Shown here: piece by piece, positions 1-8,647 of the stretch
Position numbering within the stretch: position 1 is the first letter of the stretch
Layout of the letters: each line of letters begins with the position of its first letter
From: a virus
Lineage: Duplodnaviria > Caudoviricetes
Virus record (IMG/VR): IMGVR_UViG_3300033067_001011
Location: 1 to 37,272 of that record
Reading direction: 5' to 3' (one strand)
DNA length: 37,272 bases
The notes under the pieces: model-generated
The model's database searches: none
What the model saw: only the letters and a program-made list of their open reading frames with translations
What the model was told of the DNA's origin: nothing
Translations under genes and position numbers: made by a program

Positions 1-29
1 ATGAATTAAAAAAAATTACTGGTGAATAA
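1..29 (+). CDS. Probable C-terminal end (..ELKKITGE*) of the HTH protein that starts at 37154 (wraps around the window ends)
   Basis: Frame starting at 3 reads gaa tta aaa aaa att act ggt gaa taa, a plausible continuation of ...KEWRIS(E) at the right end. An exact join needs -1 or +2 nt. Confidence 0.55.
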
Positions 30-131
30 AAATAAGAGAGCCTTTACCAGCTCCCCTATTTTTTGAAACAACTTGATGGACGCAGTTAAATTATAACATA
101 TTTTAATTTAATTTTGTTAGGAGGAAAAAAA

Positions 132-1232
132 ATGAACAATGTAATTAGAACAATATGTGGAATATTGGGAATAATATTAACAGCAATATCGATTATTGCA
201 TCATCTGGATACATTTTGAATGAGTCAAATAGAGTACAAAACAAATCAATCCAGAACTCCGCTACTTACAAACAAATGGAACAAGGAAAAGTAATTCAAA
301 ATGACTTATATATGACAAAAAAAGACGAATTGAAAAGACTTCAAGCATTACAGGAGCAACAAAAATCAGATGGAACAAACATTGTTAATAATTCTAGTGT
401 AAAAAACAAAGCAGGAAGAGGAATTGATGTTCAAAATAAAATAGCAGGAACACAACAACAAATAAATCAAATACAAAATGAACTTACGGCTCTAACAAGT
501 GAATTACAAAAACCAATAGATACGAAAAACGTTAATTTTAAAGCTGAAAATGGTTATATTGCATTATTCCAATTATTAGCTGATAAACTTAATGTATTAG
601 AATCATTTAAAGACTCCCCAACTACTGCCGATAGACTTTTAACATATTTTTTGATGTTTATAAGTGCTGTTTTTGAAATCCTAGCAGTTGTACTTTATAT
701 AATCGACAAAAAGGTTTTATCTGCAATTGCATTTGTAATTAGTTTTGCATTTACTTGTTTTTTGATGGTATCAATGGCTTTCGGTATTGTTGCTTGTATA
801 CTTGCAGGATTAATGGCTTTCGTTATGGATTTTTCAAAAGTTGTTATGCTGAAAATTGCGTTTGATGGAAATATAAAAATCTCGCAAAGTTTAAGCGGTA
901 CAAACTTTAAAGCACCAATAAAAAACGAAAATGGCTTACAGAAACAACCACTTTTTAAATTTAAGCCTAAAACTTTGGGGGCGACAGCGAAACAAGACAA
1001 AAACCAAATAGGATTTAAAGCTACTATCCCCTATCCAGATTTTAAAAATAGCGATATAGAAAAATATAAAAAATATATGTATGAAACTCAAAAAGATAAT
1101 GTTAGTAAAGGTTATATGCACATTGCAAAGAATATAAATATGAGTGCAGAAACCGCTAGAAAAATAAAAGCACACTTAGAACACGAAGGAATTATAAAAA
1201 CAAATGGTGCAAAAACTGAAATATTAAAATAA
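132..1232 (+). CDS. Multi-pass membrane protein with long coiled coil and C-terminal winged-helix-like DNA-binding domain
   Basis: RBS aggagg before ATG132; N-terminal TM, Q-rich coiled coil, 3 further TMs (~aa 175-250), C-terminal GYMHIAKNINMSAETARKIKAHLEHEGII HTH-like motif. Confidence 0.75.
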   Translation: MNNVIRTICGILGIILTAISIIASSGYILNESNRVQNKSIQNSATYKQMEQGKVIQNDLYMTKKDELKRLQALQEQQKSDGTNIVNNSSVKNKAGRGIDVQNKIAGTQQQINQIQNELTALTSELQKPIDTKNVNFKAENGYIALFQLLADKLNVLESFKDSPTTADRLLTYFLMFISAVFEILAVVLYIIDKKVLSAIAFVISFAFTCFLMVSMAFGIVACILAGLMAFVMDFSKVVMLKIAFDGNIKISQSLSGTNFKAPIKNENGLQKQPLFKFKPKTLGATAKQDKNQIGFKATIPYPDFKNSDIEKYKKYMYETQKDNVSKGYMHIAKNINMSAETARKIKAHLEHEGIIKTNGAKTEILK

Positions 1233-1250
1233 CTTGTAACTTTGTACCAC

Positions 1251-1336
1251 TTAAACGTTTAACTTTATATTTAAGCTTAAAGTGTGTAATAATATCATAT
1301 TTTAAGCTTAAAATTCCCAAAGTGTCATAAGCTTAA
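1251..1336. repeat. Cluster of short palindromes (TTAAACGTTTAA and 3 x TAAGCTTA), possible protein-binding array
   Basis: ttaaacgtttaa 1251-1262, tttaagcttaaa 1270-1281, attttaagcttaaaat 1299-1314, taagctta 1328-1335. Confidence 0.55.
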
Positions 1337-1352
1337 GGAGGTTTCAACCATT

Positions 1353-1472
1353 ATGAATTATTTATTTTTAGCAGGAATTTTATATTTAATTTATGAAAAC
1401 TTAAAATTAAAACACAAATTATTTTTGATTGAAGAAGAAGAAAATAAAATCATTAAATTTTATAGGAGGTAA
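1353..1472 (+). CDS. 39-aa micropeptide with N-terminal hydrophobic segment (MNYLFLAGILYLIYENLKLKHKLFLIEEEENKIIKFYRR)
   Basis: Strong RBS aaggagg at 1335-1341; open frame; below the ORF-track cutoff. Confidence 0.6.
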   Translation: MNYLFLAGILYLIYENLKLKHKLFLIEEEENKIIKFYRR

Positions 1473-1475
1473 AAA

Positions 1476-1532
1476 ATGAATAAAAATGACTTAGAAAAAT
1501 TAAAAAAAGAATTAATAAAAAATTTAAAATAA
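1476..1532 (+). CDS. 18-aa micropeptide (MNKNDLEKLKKELIKNLK)
   Basis: RBS aggaggt directly upstream; tight operon packing. Confidence 0.4.
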   Translation: MNKNDLEKLKKELIKNLK

Positions 1533-1553
1533 TTAAAAAGGAGAATAAAAAAA

Positions 1554-1829
1554 ATGAAAAAAGAAATTAAAAAATTTGTAAGAGTTGCTGAAAAAATAAT
1601 TAAAATTATAGAAAAAGAAATTAATGAAAATGTAACACTTGATGATTTGTTTATTGAAAATTTAAACTATCGAAGAAAAGTTGATTACATTATTCTAGAA
1701 ACTGAAATTATAAAATATTACAAATTGAAAGAAAATATAAGATTGTTTGATCTAATTTTGTTAAAAAAACATAAGAATGATATAAAAGTTGTTGATTTAG
1801 TTGAATTAGTTTGTGAGTTGTTACCATGA
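1554..1829 (+). CDS. Hypothetical protein
   Basis: RBS aaggag; 91-aa ORF; ATGA overlap with next gene. Confidence 0.7.
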   Translation: MKKEIKKFVRVAEKIIKIIEKEINENVTLDDLFIENLNYRRKVDYIILETEIIKYYKLKENIRLFDLILLKKHKNDIKVVDLVELVCELLP

Positions 1830-2266
1830 CAGGAAAAACACATGCAGGACTAGGACTTTGTGCAAGTTTAATTATTTGCCATGTAATTAATATTGATACT
1901 TATACAGTTATATCATCCGTAGTTGTTGGTTCCTTGTTGCCAGATGCTGACACAAAAAAAAGCGTATTCTATCAATTGTTTGCTCCATTGTCTTTTATAG
2001 TCGACAAAGTAACCAAACATAGGGGAGCGACACATCAAGTACTACCAATACTATTAATTGTTTTATATTTCTTTTTTCAGCAAAATTGGTTGTGGTTAAT
2101 GGGAGTTGGAGGAATTACTCATACATTAATAGATATTATTACAAATTATATTGGCATTACTTGTAATAGTATTGGGGAAAAAGTTATTTATTACATGTTG
2201 TGGATAGCTAATATTTGCCTTATGGTTGCGTTTTTATTGCCTAAGGGGTATACTTTCACCTTCTAA
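1826..2266 (+). CDS. YdjM-family membrane-bound metal-dependent hydrolase
   Basis: Motifs MTGKTH, GSLLPDAD, HRGATH, HTLID; hydrophobic helices. Confidence 0.85.
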   Translation: MTGKTHAGLGLCASLIICHVINIDTYTVISSVVVGSLLPDADTKKSVFYQLFAPLSFIVDKVTKHRGATHQVLPILLIVLYFFFQQNWLWLMGVGGITHTLIDIITNYIGITCNSIGEKVIYYMLWIANICLMVAFLLPKGYTFTF

Positions 2267-2278
2267 TAATTTTAATTC

Positions 2279-2311
2279 AAAATAGGACGTTTAAATGCGT
2301 TCTATTTTTTT
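2279..2311 (+). terminator. Rho-independent terminator
   Basis: aataggacg...cgttctatt stem followed by T-run. Confidence 0.65.
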
Positions 2312-2313
2312 AT

Positions 2314-2362
2314 AAAAAAGTATTAAAAAAGTATTGACAAAGTATTCAAAAAGTATTACAAT
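2314..2362 (+). promoter_or_regulatory. Sigma-A promoter (TTGACA-17-TACAAT) overlapped by four AAAGTATT direct repeats at 11-bp period
   Basis: -35 2334-2339, -10 2357-2362; gtatt at 2320, 2331, 2342, 2353. Confidence 0.8.
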
Positions 2363-2381
2363 TAATTTAGGAGGTGAGCAA

Positions 2382-2537
2382 ATGAAAGTTAGAAAGAAAC
2401 ATGCAACATTTTCGATTGATATTGAGTTAATCGAAATGTTAAAACAACTTAGGAACGACAACAAAATAGTAAGTCAAAGTATATTTGTAAATGAAGCAAT
2501 TAAAAAACTATTAAGGGAGGAATTTAAAAATGATTAA
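2382..2537 (+). CDS. Ribbon-helix-helix DNA-binding protein
   Basis: RBS aggaggtg before ATG2382; ATFSID strand followed by two helices (..SIFVNEAIKKLL). Confidence 0.75.
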   Translation: MKVRKKHATFSIDIELIEMLKQLRNDNKIVSQSIFVNEAIKKLLREEFKND

Positions 2538-2715
2538 TGTAAGTTTTCATGGTATTGAACAAGTTGTAATAGAAGAAGTAGAAAGAAATGATGGTTCATT
2601 ATTTACAGCTATAACTTTTATTAACAAAAGTGGAAATATTAATTTGTTTCCAAAAAACGATAATGAGATTAAAGAAATTGTTAATTCTTTACAAAATTAT
2701 TTAAAAGGAGAATAA
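2530..2715 (+). CDS. Hypothetical protein
   Basis: RBS gggagg; 61-aa ORF in operon. Confidence 0.65.
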   Translation: MINVSFHGIEQVVIEEVERNDGSLFTAITFINKSGNINLFPKNDNEIKEIVNSLQNYLKGE

Positions 2716-2719
2716 AAAA

Positions 2720-3238
2720 ATGAGTGAATTTATTGATGAAATAGTTGAAAGTGAAGGTTTTATAGTAAATGATGACAATACGGCTGAATGGTGTATAAAA
2801 AAAATTTCAGCTGAAAAACAAGAAATGAAAAGACAATTACAAGTTATCGACTATATGATACAAGAATATCAATTAAAGAAAAACAAAGTACAGGATATTT
2901 TTGATAAAAAAATAGAATATTTTAATAGTTTACTAATGCCATATTTTGAAAGTGTTGAAAAAAAATCAACAAAAACACAAGAAACTTATAAGTTACCATC
3001 AGGCATACTCAAAAGGAAATTTGGTACAATAGAATATATAAAAGATGACACAAAATTACTTAAATTTTTAAAAGCAAATAACCCAGAGTTTGTAAAAGTA
3101 ACAGAATCCCCAATGTGGGGAGATTTTAAAAAAACAATACAAGTTAAAAATGGTTCTGTGGTTACGCAGGACGGAGAAATTATTGAATGTATAAAGGTTG
3201 AAACTAAGCCCGCTACATTCAAAGTGGAGGTGGAATAA
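2720..3238 (+). CDS. Mu Gam-like host-nuclease inhibitor family protein
   Basis: AEWCIKKI...coiled coil...TYKLPSGILKR motif; adjacent to SSAP. Confidence 0.75.
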   Translation: MSEFIDEIVESEGFIVNDDNTAEWCIKKISAEKQEMKRQLQVIDYMIQEYQLKKNKVQDIFDKKIEYFNSLLMPYFESVEKKSTKTQETYKLPSGILKRKFGTIEYIKDDTKLLKFLKANNPEFVKVTESPMWGDFKKTIQVKNGSVVTQDGEIIECIKVETKPATFKVEVE

Positions 3239-3810
3239 TGAATATTTACGAAAAATTTCAAAACATAAAAATTGAATTACAAAAGCAAGAAATTAAAAAA
3301 ACTGGCAAAAACTTATTTGCCAAATATGAATATTTTGAATTAGCTGATTTTTTGACAATAATAAACGAATTAATGCTTAAATATAAGTTAATTGCAAATA
3401 TAAATTATGGCATTGATATGGCAACGTTGACCATTATAGATATTGAAAAACCTGATTCAACTATTTTATTTACATCTCCCATGTCAACAGCAGAATTAAG
3501 AGGTTGTCACCAAGTACAAAATCTAGGAGCAGTGCAAACATACTTAAAAAGATATTTATACATTTCCGCATTTGATATCCTTGAAAGTGATATTCTTGAC
3601 TTAATGCATGAAAAAGGTAAATCTGAAAACTTATCTGATGCACAAATCAAAAGAGCCTTTGCAATTGCAAAATCTGTAAATCTTAGCGAAACAGATATAA
3701 CCAAGTGGATTAAAACAAAATATAACAAAGACAGTATAAAAGATTTGACAGTTGATGAATATAAGGTTTTATGCGATAGCTTAGAAGCTAAAAAGGAGGT
3801 TACAAAATGA
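3238..3810 (+). CDS. ERF-family single-strand annealing protein
   Basis: KKTGKNLFAKYEYFELADFL and QNLGAVQTYLKRY motifs. Confidence 0.85.
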   Translation: MNIYEKFQNIKIELQKQEIKKTGKNLFAKYEYFELADFLTIINELMLKYKLIANINYGIDMATLTIIDIEKPDSTILFTSPMSTAELRGCHQVQNLGAVQTYLKRYLYISAFDILESDILDLMHEKGKSENLSDAQIKRAFAIAKSVNLSETDITKWIKTKYNKDSIKDLTVDEYKVLCDSLEAKKEVTK

Positions 3811-4157
3811 TTTTCATATCAAACGATAAACCAAATAAAATTTATGCAAAAGTATGGAAAGTAGAAAAAAAGGAAAACTACACAGCCTTTAATATCTCTA
3901 CCAGCGATAAACAAAAAGACAACACGTATAAAAATAGCAACTGGAATTGCAGAGCAGTTGGTAAAGCAAAAGATATTGATGTAAATGCAAATGATAGAAT
4001 CATTATTACACAAGCTAAAATTGAAAATATTTATGATAAAGAAAAAAACAAATCTTGGTTAAACATTATTGTATTTGATTTTGAAGTTGATGCTAATACA
4101 CAGCAACAAGGATTTACAGCTTTGGAGCAAGAAGGAGTAGAAGAATTACCATTTTAA
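3807..4157 (+). CDS. ssb: Single-stranded DNA-binding protein
   Basis: OB-fold-sized ORF with acidic C-terminus ending EELPF; follows SSAP. Confidence 0.75.
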   Translation: MIFISNDKPNKIYAKVWKVEKKENYTAFNISTSDKQKDNTYKNSNWNCRAVGKAKDIDVNANDRIIITQAKIENIYDKEKNKSWLNIIVFDFEVDANTQQQGFTALEQEGVEELPF

Positions 4158-4169
4158 ACGCTCCTCACT

Positions 4170-4211
4170 TTGCTACTTATAATATATTTTTATGAGTAGC
4201 AATTTTTTTTT
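4170..4211 (+). terminator. Rho-independent terminator
   Basis: ttgctact...agtagcaa stem plus T9. Confidence 0.6.
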
Positions 4212-4290
4212 AAAAAAAGTATTAAGTATTAAAAATAAGTGTCGATATATATTGTAAGACAAAAAAATAAATTTTAGGAGGAATAAATTT

Positions 4291-4524
4291 ATGAAAAAAC
4301 TAACGAATTTTTTGGTGCAGTTGGAGGATGATTTAGTTATTTTAGGTAATGAGCAAATCACAAAAGAATTAACAGAATACATAAAAGAAACATGCAAAGA
4401 ATATGGTTTATGTGAAATTTGTTTTGCAGAAAGAATGGAAAGTCAATCAAGTATTGATGGAGATATTACTATAGTTTGCGAATGTTCAATACGCACTTAT
4501 AAATATGGAGGTGTTGGAAGATGA
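4291..4524 (+). CDS. Hypothetical protein (CxxC...CxC)
   Basis: RBS aggagg; 77 aa. Confidence 0.65.
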   Translation: MKKLTNFLVQLEDDLVILGNEQITKELTEYIKETCKEYGLCEICFAERMESQSSIDGDITIVCECSIRTYKYGGVGR

Positions 4525-4712
4525 AAACTTGCCGATACTGTAAATATTCAGAAATACTCAGAGAAGATAATGGAGCAATAAGAATGTTTTGTACATTTGA
4601 TTTAACAAAGTATGGTGTTGGTGAATCCCAAACCTGCAATGAATGGAAATCTTTACAACTAAAATTTGATTGGGGTTTCGGATGGGGTGCGGATTTACAA
4701 TATGGACGTTAA
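4521..4712 (+). CDS. Hypothetical Cys-containing protein
   Basis: 63 aa, CRYC...C...C; ATGA overlap. Confidence 0.6.
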   Translation: MKTCRYCKYSEILREDNGAIRMFCTFDLTKYGVGESQTCNEWKSLQLKFDWGFGWGADLQYGR

Positions 4713-4724
4713 TATTTATCTTTT

Positions 4725-4754
4725 ACCTGTCATTCGTGGCAGGTTTATTTTTTT
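4725..4754 (+). terminator. Rho-independent terminator
   Basis: acctgtca-TTCG-tggcaggt plus T-run. Confidence 0.75.
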
Positions 4755-4758
4755 AAAA

Positions 4759-4815
4759 ATAGGACTTTAGTCCTATACTAATATCATTGACAAAGTAATT
4801 TTATAATTATATAAT
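4759..4815 (+). promoter_or_regulatory. Consensus sigma-A promoter with upstream palindromic operator
   Basis: TTGACA 4787-4792, 17 bp, TATAAT 4810-4815; ATAGGACT-TT-AGTCCTAT 4759-4776. Confidence 0.8.
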
Positions 4816-4843
4816 TAAATATAATCAAAAAAGGAGGTTAATC

Positions 4844-5008
4844 ATGAGAACACAAATAACAACAACAATTGAAAAAACACTATTAAAAAAAGCTAGACAT
4901 GAAGCAGTTGAAAGTGAATCAAATTTAAATGAAGTATTAGAAAGGGCATTGAAAGATTATTTTAACCAAAAGGAGGAAGTAAATAATGAAAAAGGACAAA
5001 ATAAATAA
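4844..5008 (+). CDS. Ribbon-helix-helix protein (54 aa, MRTQITTTIEKTLLKKARHEAVESESNLNEVLERALKDYF..)
   Basis: RBS aaggagg; RHH pattern; missed by the ORF track. Confidence 0.75.
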   Translation: MRTQITTTIEKTLLKKARHEAVESESNLNEVLERALKDYFNQKEEVNNEKGQNK

Positions 5009-5318
5009 ATTAATAAATGATTTAAAAGAATCAAAAAGATTAGCTTTAGAAGAAATAAAAGAAATAAAAGATACTGGTTCTTGTAATACCGATAGTATAA
5101 TTTTATATTTGCCAAGAATTAAAGAAGATAATTTTAATGATTTAATGAATGAAGTTGGATTATATGGATTTAAATCTAAACATTGGGGAAATGTATGTTA
5201 TAAAATATCACCTGCTGGAAACGGTTCGGCAAATAAGCGTTTAAAATCAATGGAAACAATGGTTGATTATTTGAAAAGTTGTGGTTGGTATTGTTCTTAC
5301 TTTTATCAAATAGATTAG
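4986..5318 (+). CDS. Hypothetical protein
   Basis: RBS aaggagg; 110 aa. Confidence 0.7.
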   Translation: MKKDKINKLINDLKESKRLALEEIKEIKDTGSCNTDSIILYLPRIKEDNFNDLMNEVGLYGFKSKHWGNVCYKISPAGNGSANKRLKSMETMVDYLKSCGWYCSYFYQID

Positions 5319-5330
5319 GGGGATTTTGAA

Positions 5331-6134
5331 ATGAATAAAGATGCATATTATTTTCCACACGACTCTAATGCTAAAGATGACCCTAAGTGTATGATGCTTA
5401 TAGAACAACTTGGATTAGAGGGTTATGGTATTTATTGGGTACTTATAGAAATATTAAGAGATCAACCAACTTTTAAATATCCACTAAAATTAATTCCTTC
5501 ACTTGCTAGACGATTCAACACTACATCTGAAAAAATGAATATTGTAGTTCAGGGATACGAATTATTCGAAATTGACGAAAAAGATTTTTTTTCGACATCA
5601 TTAATGTTGCGAATGGAGAAAGTACAAATGCAACGTGAAAACGCAAAAAAGGCTATTAATGCGAGATGGAGCAAACAAAAAGAATTAAAAAAATCAAATT
5701 ATACGGACGTAATACGAACGTATAATGAGAGTAATTCAAATGAAATACAATCCGTAATACAAAGAAAAGGAAAGGAAAGAAAAGAAAAGGAAAGAAAAAC
5801 ATTAAATACATATGTCGATTCTTTTATTACTTTTTTTGAAGAATGTTGGCAATTATATCCACGCAAAGAGGGAAAAGGAAGTATAAGTGATAAAAAGAAA
5901 AAAGAAATATATAGTTTTGGTGATGAATTTAAAAGAGCAATACAAAGATATAAGGATAAAATATCAAAAGATAATATTCAAGAGCAATATATAAAAATGG
6001 GTTCGAGTTTTTTTAATACAGGATATGTTGATTATTTGGATATAAATTATCAACAAATGATGCCACAAAAACCACTTCATAGAATAGGAATTGAGGAAGA
6101 TGATTCAATACTAATACGAAGGGAGGATTATTAA
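5331..6134 (+). CDS. Phage replication initiator (DUF4373/Lin1244-like N-terminus)
   Basis: YYFPHDSNAKDDPK..LGLEGYGIYWVLIEIL; C-terminal FEECWQLYPRKEGK; directly upstream of helicase. Confidence 0.8.
   Translation: MNKDAYYFPHDSNAKDDPKCMMLIEQLGLEGYGIYWVLIEILRDQPTFKYPLKLIPSLARRFNTTSEKMNIVVQGYELFEIDEKDFFSTSLMLRMEKVQMQRENAKKAINARWSKQKELKKSNYTDVIRTYNESNSNEIQSVIQRKGKERKEKERKTLNTYVDSFITFFEECWQLYPRKEGKGSISDKKKKEIYSFGDEFKRAIQRYKDKISKDNIQEQYIKMGSSFFNTGYVDYLDINYQQMMPQKPLHRIGIEEDDSILIRREDY
5701..5800. promoter_or_regulatory. Putative replication origin (iteron-like repeats plus purine tract) inside the initiator gene
   Basis: atacggacgtaatac / atacgaacgtat / atacaatccgtaatac, then aaagaaaaggaaaggaaagaaaagaaaagg. 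Confidence 0.5.
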
Positions 6135-6135
6135 C

Positions 6136-7968
6136 ATGTATGATTCAAAAGAATTGAAAAATAGGTTAGGCATACAAGCTAAAGAAATAATATTGCAAGG
6201 ATTAAACTTGAAAGAGGTAAAAGGAAAAATTAGTTGCCCACTACATGCAGATAAAAATCCAAGTATGAGTTGGTTTAATGAGGGTTTAATGTTTAAATGT
6301 CATTCATGTAATGAAAATATCGATATATTTCGATATTATACATATTTTGAAAAAATATCATTTAATGAAGCATTGATAAAAGTTGCAGAATTAACAAATA
6401 GCGTGGAAAAAACAAACAACATTGTAAAAGAAAAAACCTTTGTATTTCCGAATATTTCTACACAGGAATTATCAGAAAAAGCAATAAACCTTATGCAATC
6501 AAGAAAAATTAATAAATCAACTTTGGAAGCATGGAAAGTAAAAGAAAGTATTTTTTGTAATAAGCCTGTTTATGTTTTTCAATATTTTAATGATAAAAAT
6601 ATCCTTGAATATGTTTCATATAGGGAAATTTTAAAAGGTGGTTCAAAGGGTGGATGCGAAAAGAACACTAAATCTATACTTTGGGGAATGTGGCATATAG
6701 ATAAAAGTGTTCCACTTGTTATAACAGAAGGTCAACCAGATGCAATGGCTATTTGGCAATCAGGTTATAAAAATGTAGTTAGTGTTCCTAGTGGTGCAAA
6801 TAATTTCACATGGATAAACAATTGCTGGGAATGGTTACAAGATATAAAAGAAATAATAGTTTTTGCCGATAATGACAAAGCAGGATTGCAATTTGCAGAT
6901 GAAGTTAAACGTAGATTGAAAAATGTAAAGGTATTAGTATCGGAGCGTAAAGATGCCAACGAAGTATTATTTTATGATGGCGAGAATAAAGTTCTTGAAT
7001 TAATAACCGATACAATTAATAAAATGCCGAATGGATTGATTGATTTAGCAAAAGTTGATTATAAGTCAGTATTAGAAACAAGACACACAGGAATTGAAAC
7101 AGGTTTTTATGATTATGATAAACACATTGAGGACTGGAAGGAACAAGAAATAACTATTCTTGTTGGGCGTAATGGAGAGGGAAAAACAACTTTTATATCA
7201 CAAGTATTGGCACACTGTCTTGAAAAAAAAGTAAAAACATTTTTATATTCGGGCGAAATGTCACAAAATAAAATACAGAATTGGTTATATAGGCAACTTG
7301 TAGGAAATAAAAACGAATTTACATACAAGGTTGAAACTAAATATAAAATTAAAACTGAAATCAGACCAGAAATTATTGAGCGTTTAAAAATTTGGCACAA
7401 TGAAACATTATATCTGTTTGATAGAGAATCAGGAGAAGTTGCATCTGATATTAATAAGTTTTTTGAATTAATGGAATTGGCAACAAAGCGTTATGGCGTT
7501 AAATTGTTTATAATAGATAATTTAATGTCAAAACTGGAAGAAAAAGCAGATAGCCTAAATAGTGACCAAGCTAATTTTGTACAAAAATGTAAGGATTTTG
7601 TAATAAAAAATAAGTGTCATTTAGTGTTATTGGTGCATCCAAACAAATTAAAAACAGAAATAAAAGACAACTCACCTGCAAATATCGAAAAAACCGATAT
7701 ATCAGGAACAAATAATATCGCAAATAAAGCTGATAATATAATATCAATTGAGCGTAATTGGTCAGATAATAGAGATTATGACATGGTATTAACAAGTTTA
7801 AAAGATAGAGAAAGTGGCGACAGGAAAGCAATTAAATATAATTTTAGTAAAGACACTTTAAGATTTTATAATAACAATACGCCAGCCGAAAAAATTTATA
7901 GTTGGGAAAATATTAAAGATGAACAAGTCAGATTACAGTTAGAAGGTGAGGAATTATGCCCATTTTAA
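6136..7968 (+). CDS. Bifunctional DNA primase-helicase (CHC2 Zn finger + TOPRIM + SF4/DnaB-like helicase)
   Basis: CPLH...CHSC; TEGQPDAM, DND; Walker A GRNGEGKT; Walker B IIDNL. Confidence 0.92.
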   Translation: MYDSKELKNRLGIQAKEIILQGLNLKEVKGKISCPLHADKNPSMSWFNEGLMFKCHSCNENIDIFRYYTYFEKISFNEALIKVAELTNSVEKTNNIVKEKTFVFPNISTQELSEKAINLMQSRKINKSTLEAWKVKESIFCNKPVYVFQYFNDKNILEYVSYREILKGGSKGGCEKNTKSILWGMWHIDKSVPLVITEGQPDAMAIWQSGYKNVVSVPSGANNFTWINNCWEWLQDIKEIIVFADNDKAGLQFADEVKRRLKNVKVLVSERKDANEVLFYDGENKVLELITDTINKMPNGLIDLAKVDYKSVLETRHTGIETGFYDYDKHIEDWKEQEITILVGRNGEGKTTFISQVLAHCLEKKVKTFLYSGEMSQNKIQNWLYRQLVGNKNEFTYKVETKYKIKTEIRPEIIERLKIWHNETLYLFDRESGEVASDINKFFELMELATKRYGVKLFIIDNLMSKLEEKADSLNSDQANFVQKCKDFVIKNKCHLVLLVHPNKLKTEIKDNSPANIEKTDISGTNNIANKADNIISIERNWSDNRDYDMVLTSLKDRESGDRKAIKYNFSKDTLRFYNNNTPAEKIYSWENIKDEQVRLQLEGEELCPF

Positions 7969-8135
7969 GAAAAAAATTAATAAGTAAATTTAAAAAAATA
8001 ATGAAAATATCAAATTTTAGACAATGTTTAAATTTTTTATTGGTTAATAAATCCAACTATGATGAACAAATTAAATGTCAAACCTTATATGATACTTACT
8101 GGGAAAATATAAGAATAAAGGAGAATACAAAATGA
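7956..8135 (+). CDS. Hypothetical protein (59 aa)
   Basis: Fills the gap; RBS gagg; ATGA coupling to next gene. Confidence 0.5.
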   Translation: MPILRKKLISKFKKIMKISNFRQCLNFLLVNKSNYDEQIKCQTLYDTYWENIRIKENTK

Positions 8136-8647
8136 TAATACTGGTTGATAGTAGAGAGCAACGCAATCAACACATTTTACAAAAATTTAGCGAACTTGAT
8201 ATTAAATTCAAATGTAAAAAATTAGAATTTGGAGATTACAGTTTTGAAATTGACGGTATTTCTTTTGAAAATATATGTGCAATAGAACGTAAAGCTAATT
8301 TGACAGAGTTATCAGGCAATTTGTGCCAAGGTAGAACACGTTTTGAGACGGAATTTTGTAAAGGTTTATTAAACAACTGTAAAATGGTATTGCTTATCGA
8401 GGACGAATCAGTAAGAGAAAAATGCAAGTTGCGAGTAGCAATGGACAAAACAACGATTGACGCAGATACAAAATTTAGAAAAACCTGGAGAAGTAGAATG
8501 ACAGGGAATAGTATGGTAGCAAGTATCAAAGCATTTAAGGAACGATATAACCTAGAATTAGTATTTTGTAAAAAAAACCAAACTGCCAATAAAATGCTAG
8601 AAATTTTTGAAAGGGAGGTGAAAAACTATGCACAAAGCGAAAAATGA
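8132..8647 (+). CDS. ERCC4-domain structure-specific nuclease (probable resolvase)
   Basis: VDSREQ, GDYS, IERKANLTEL motifs. Confidence 0.88.
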   Translation: MIILVDSREQRNQHILQKFSELDIKFKCKKLEFGDYSFEIDGISFENICAIERKANLTELSGNLCQGRTRFETEFCKGLLNNCKMVLLIEDESVREKCKLRVAMDKTTIDADTKFRKTWRSRMTGNSMVASIKAFKERYNLELVFCKKNQTANKMLEIFEREVKNYAQSEK

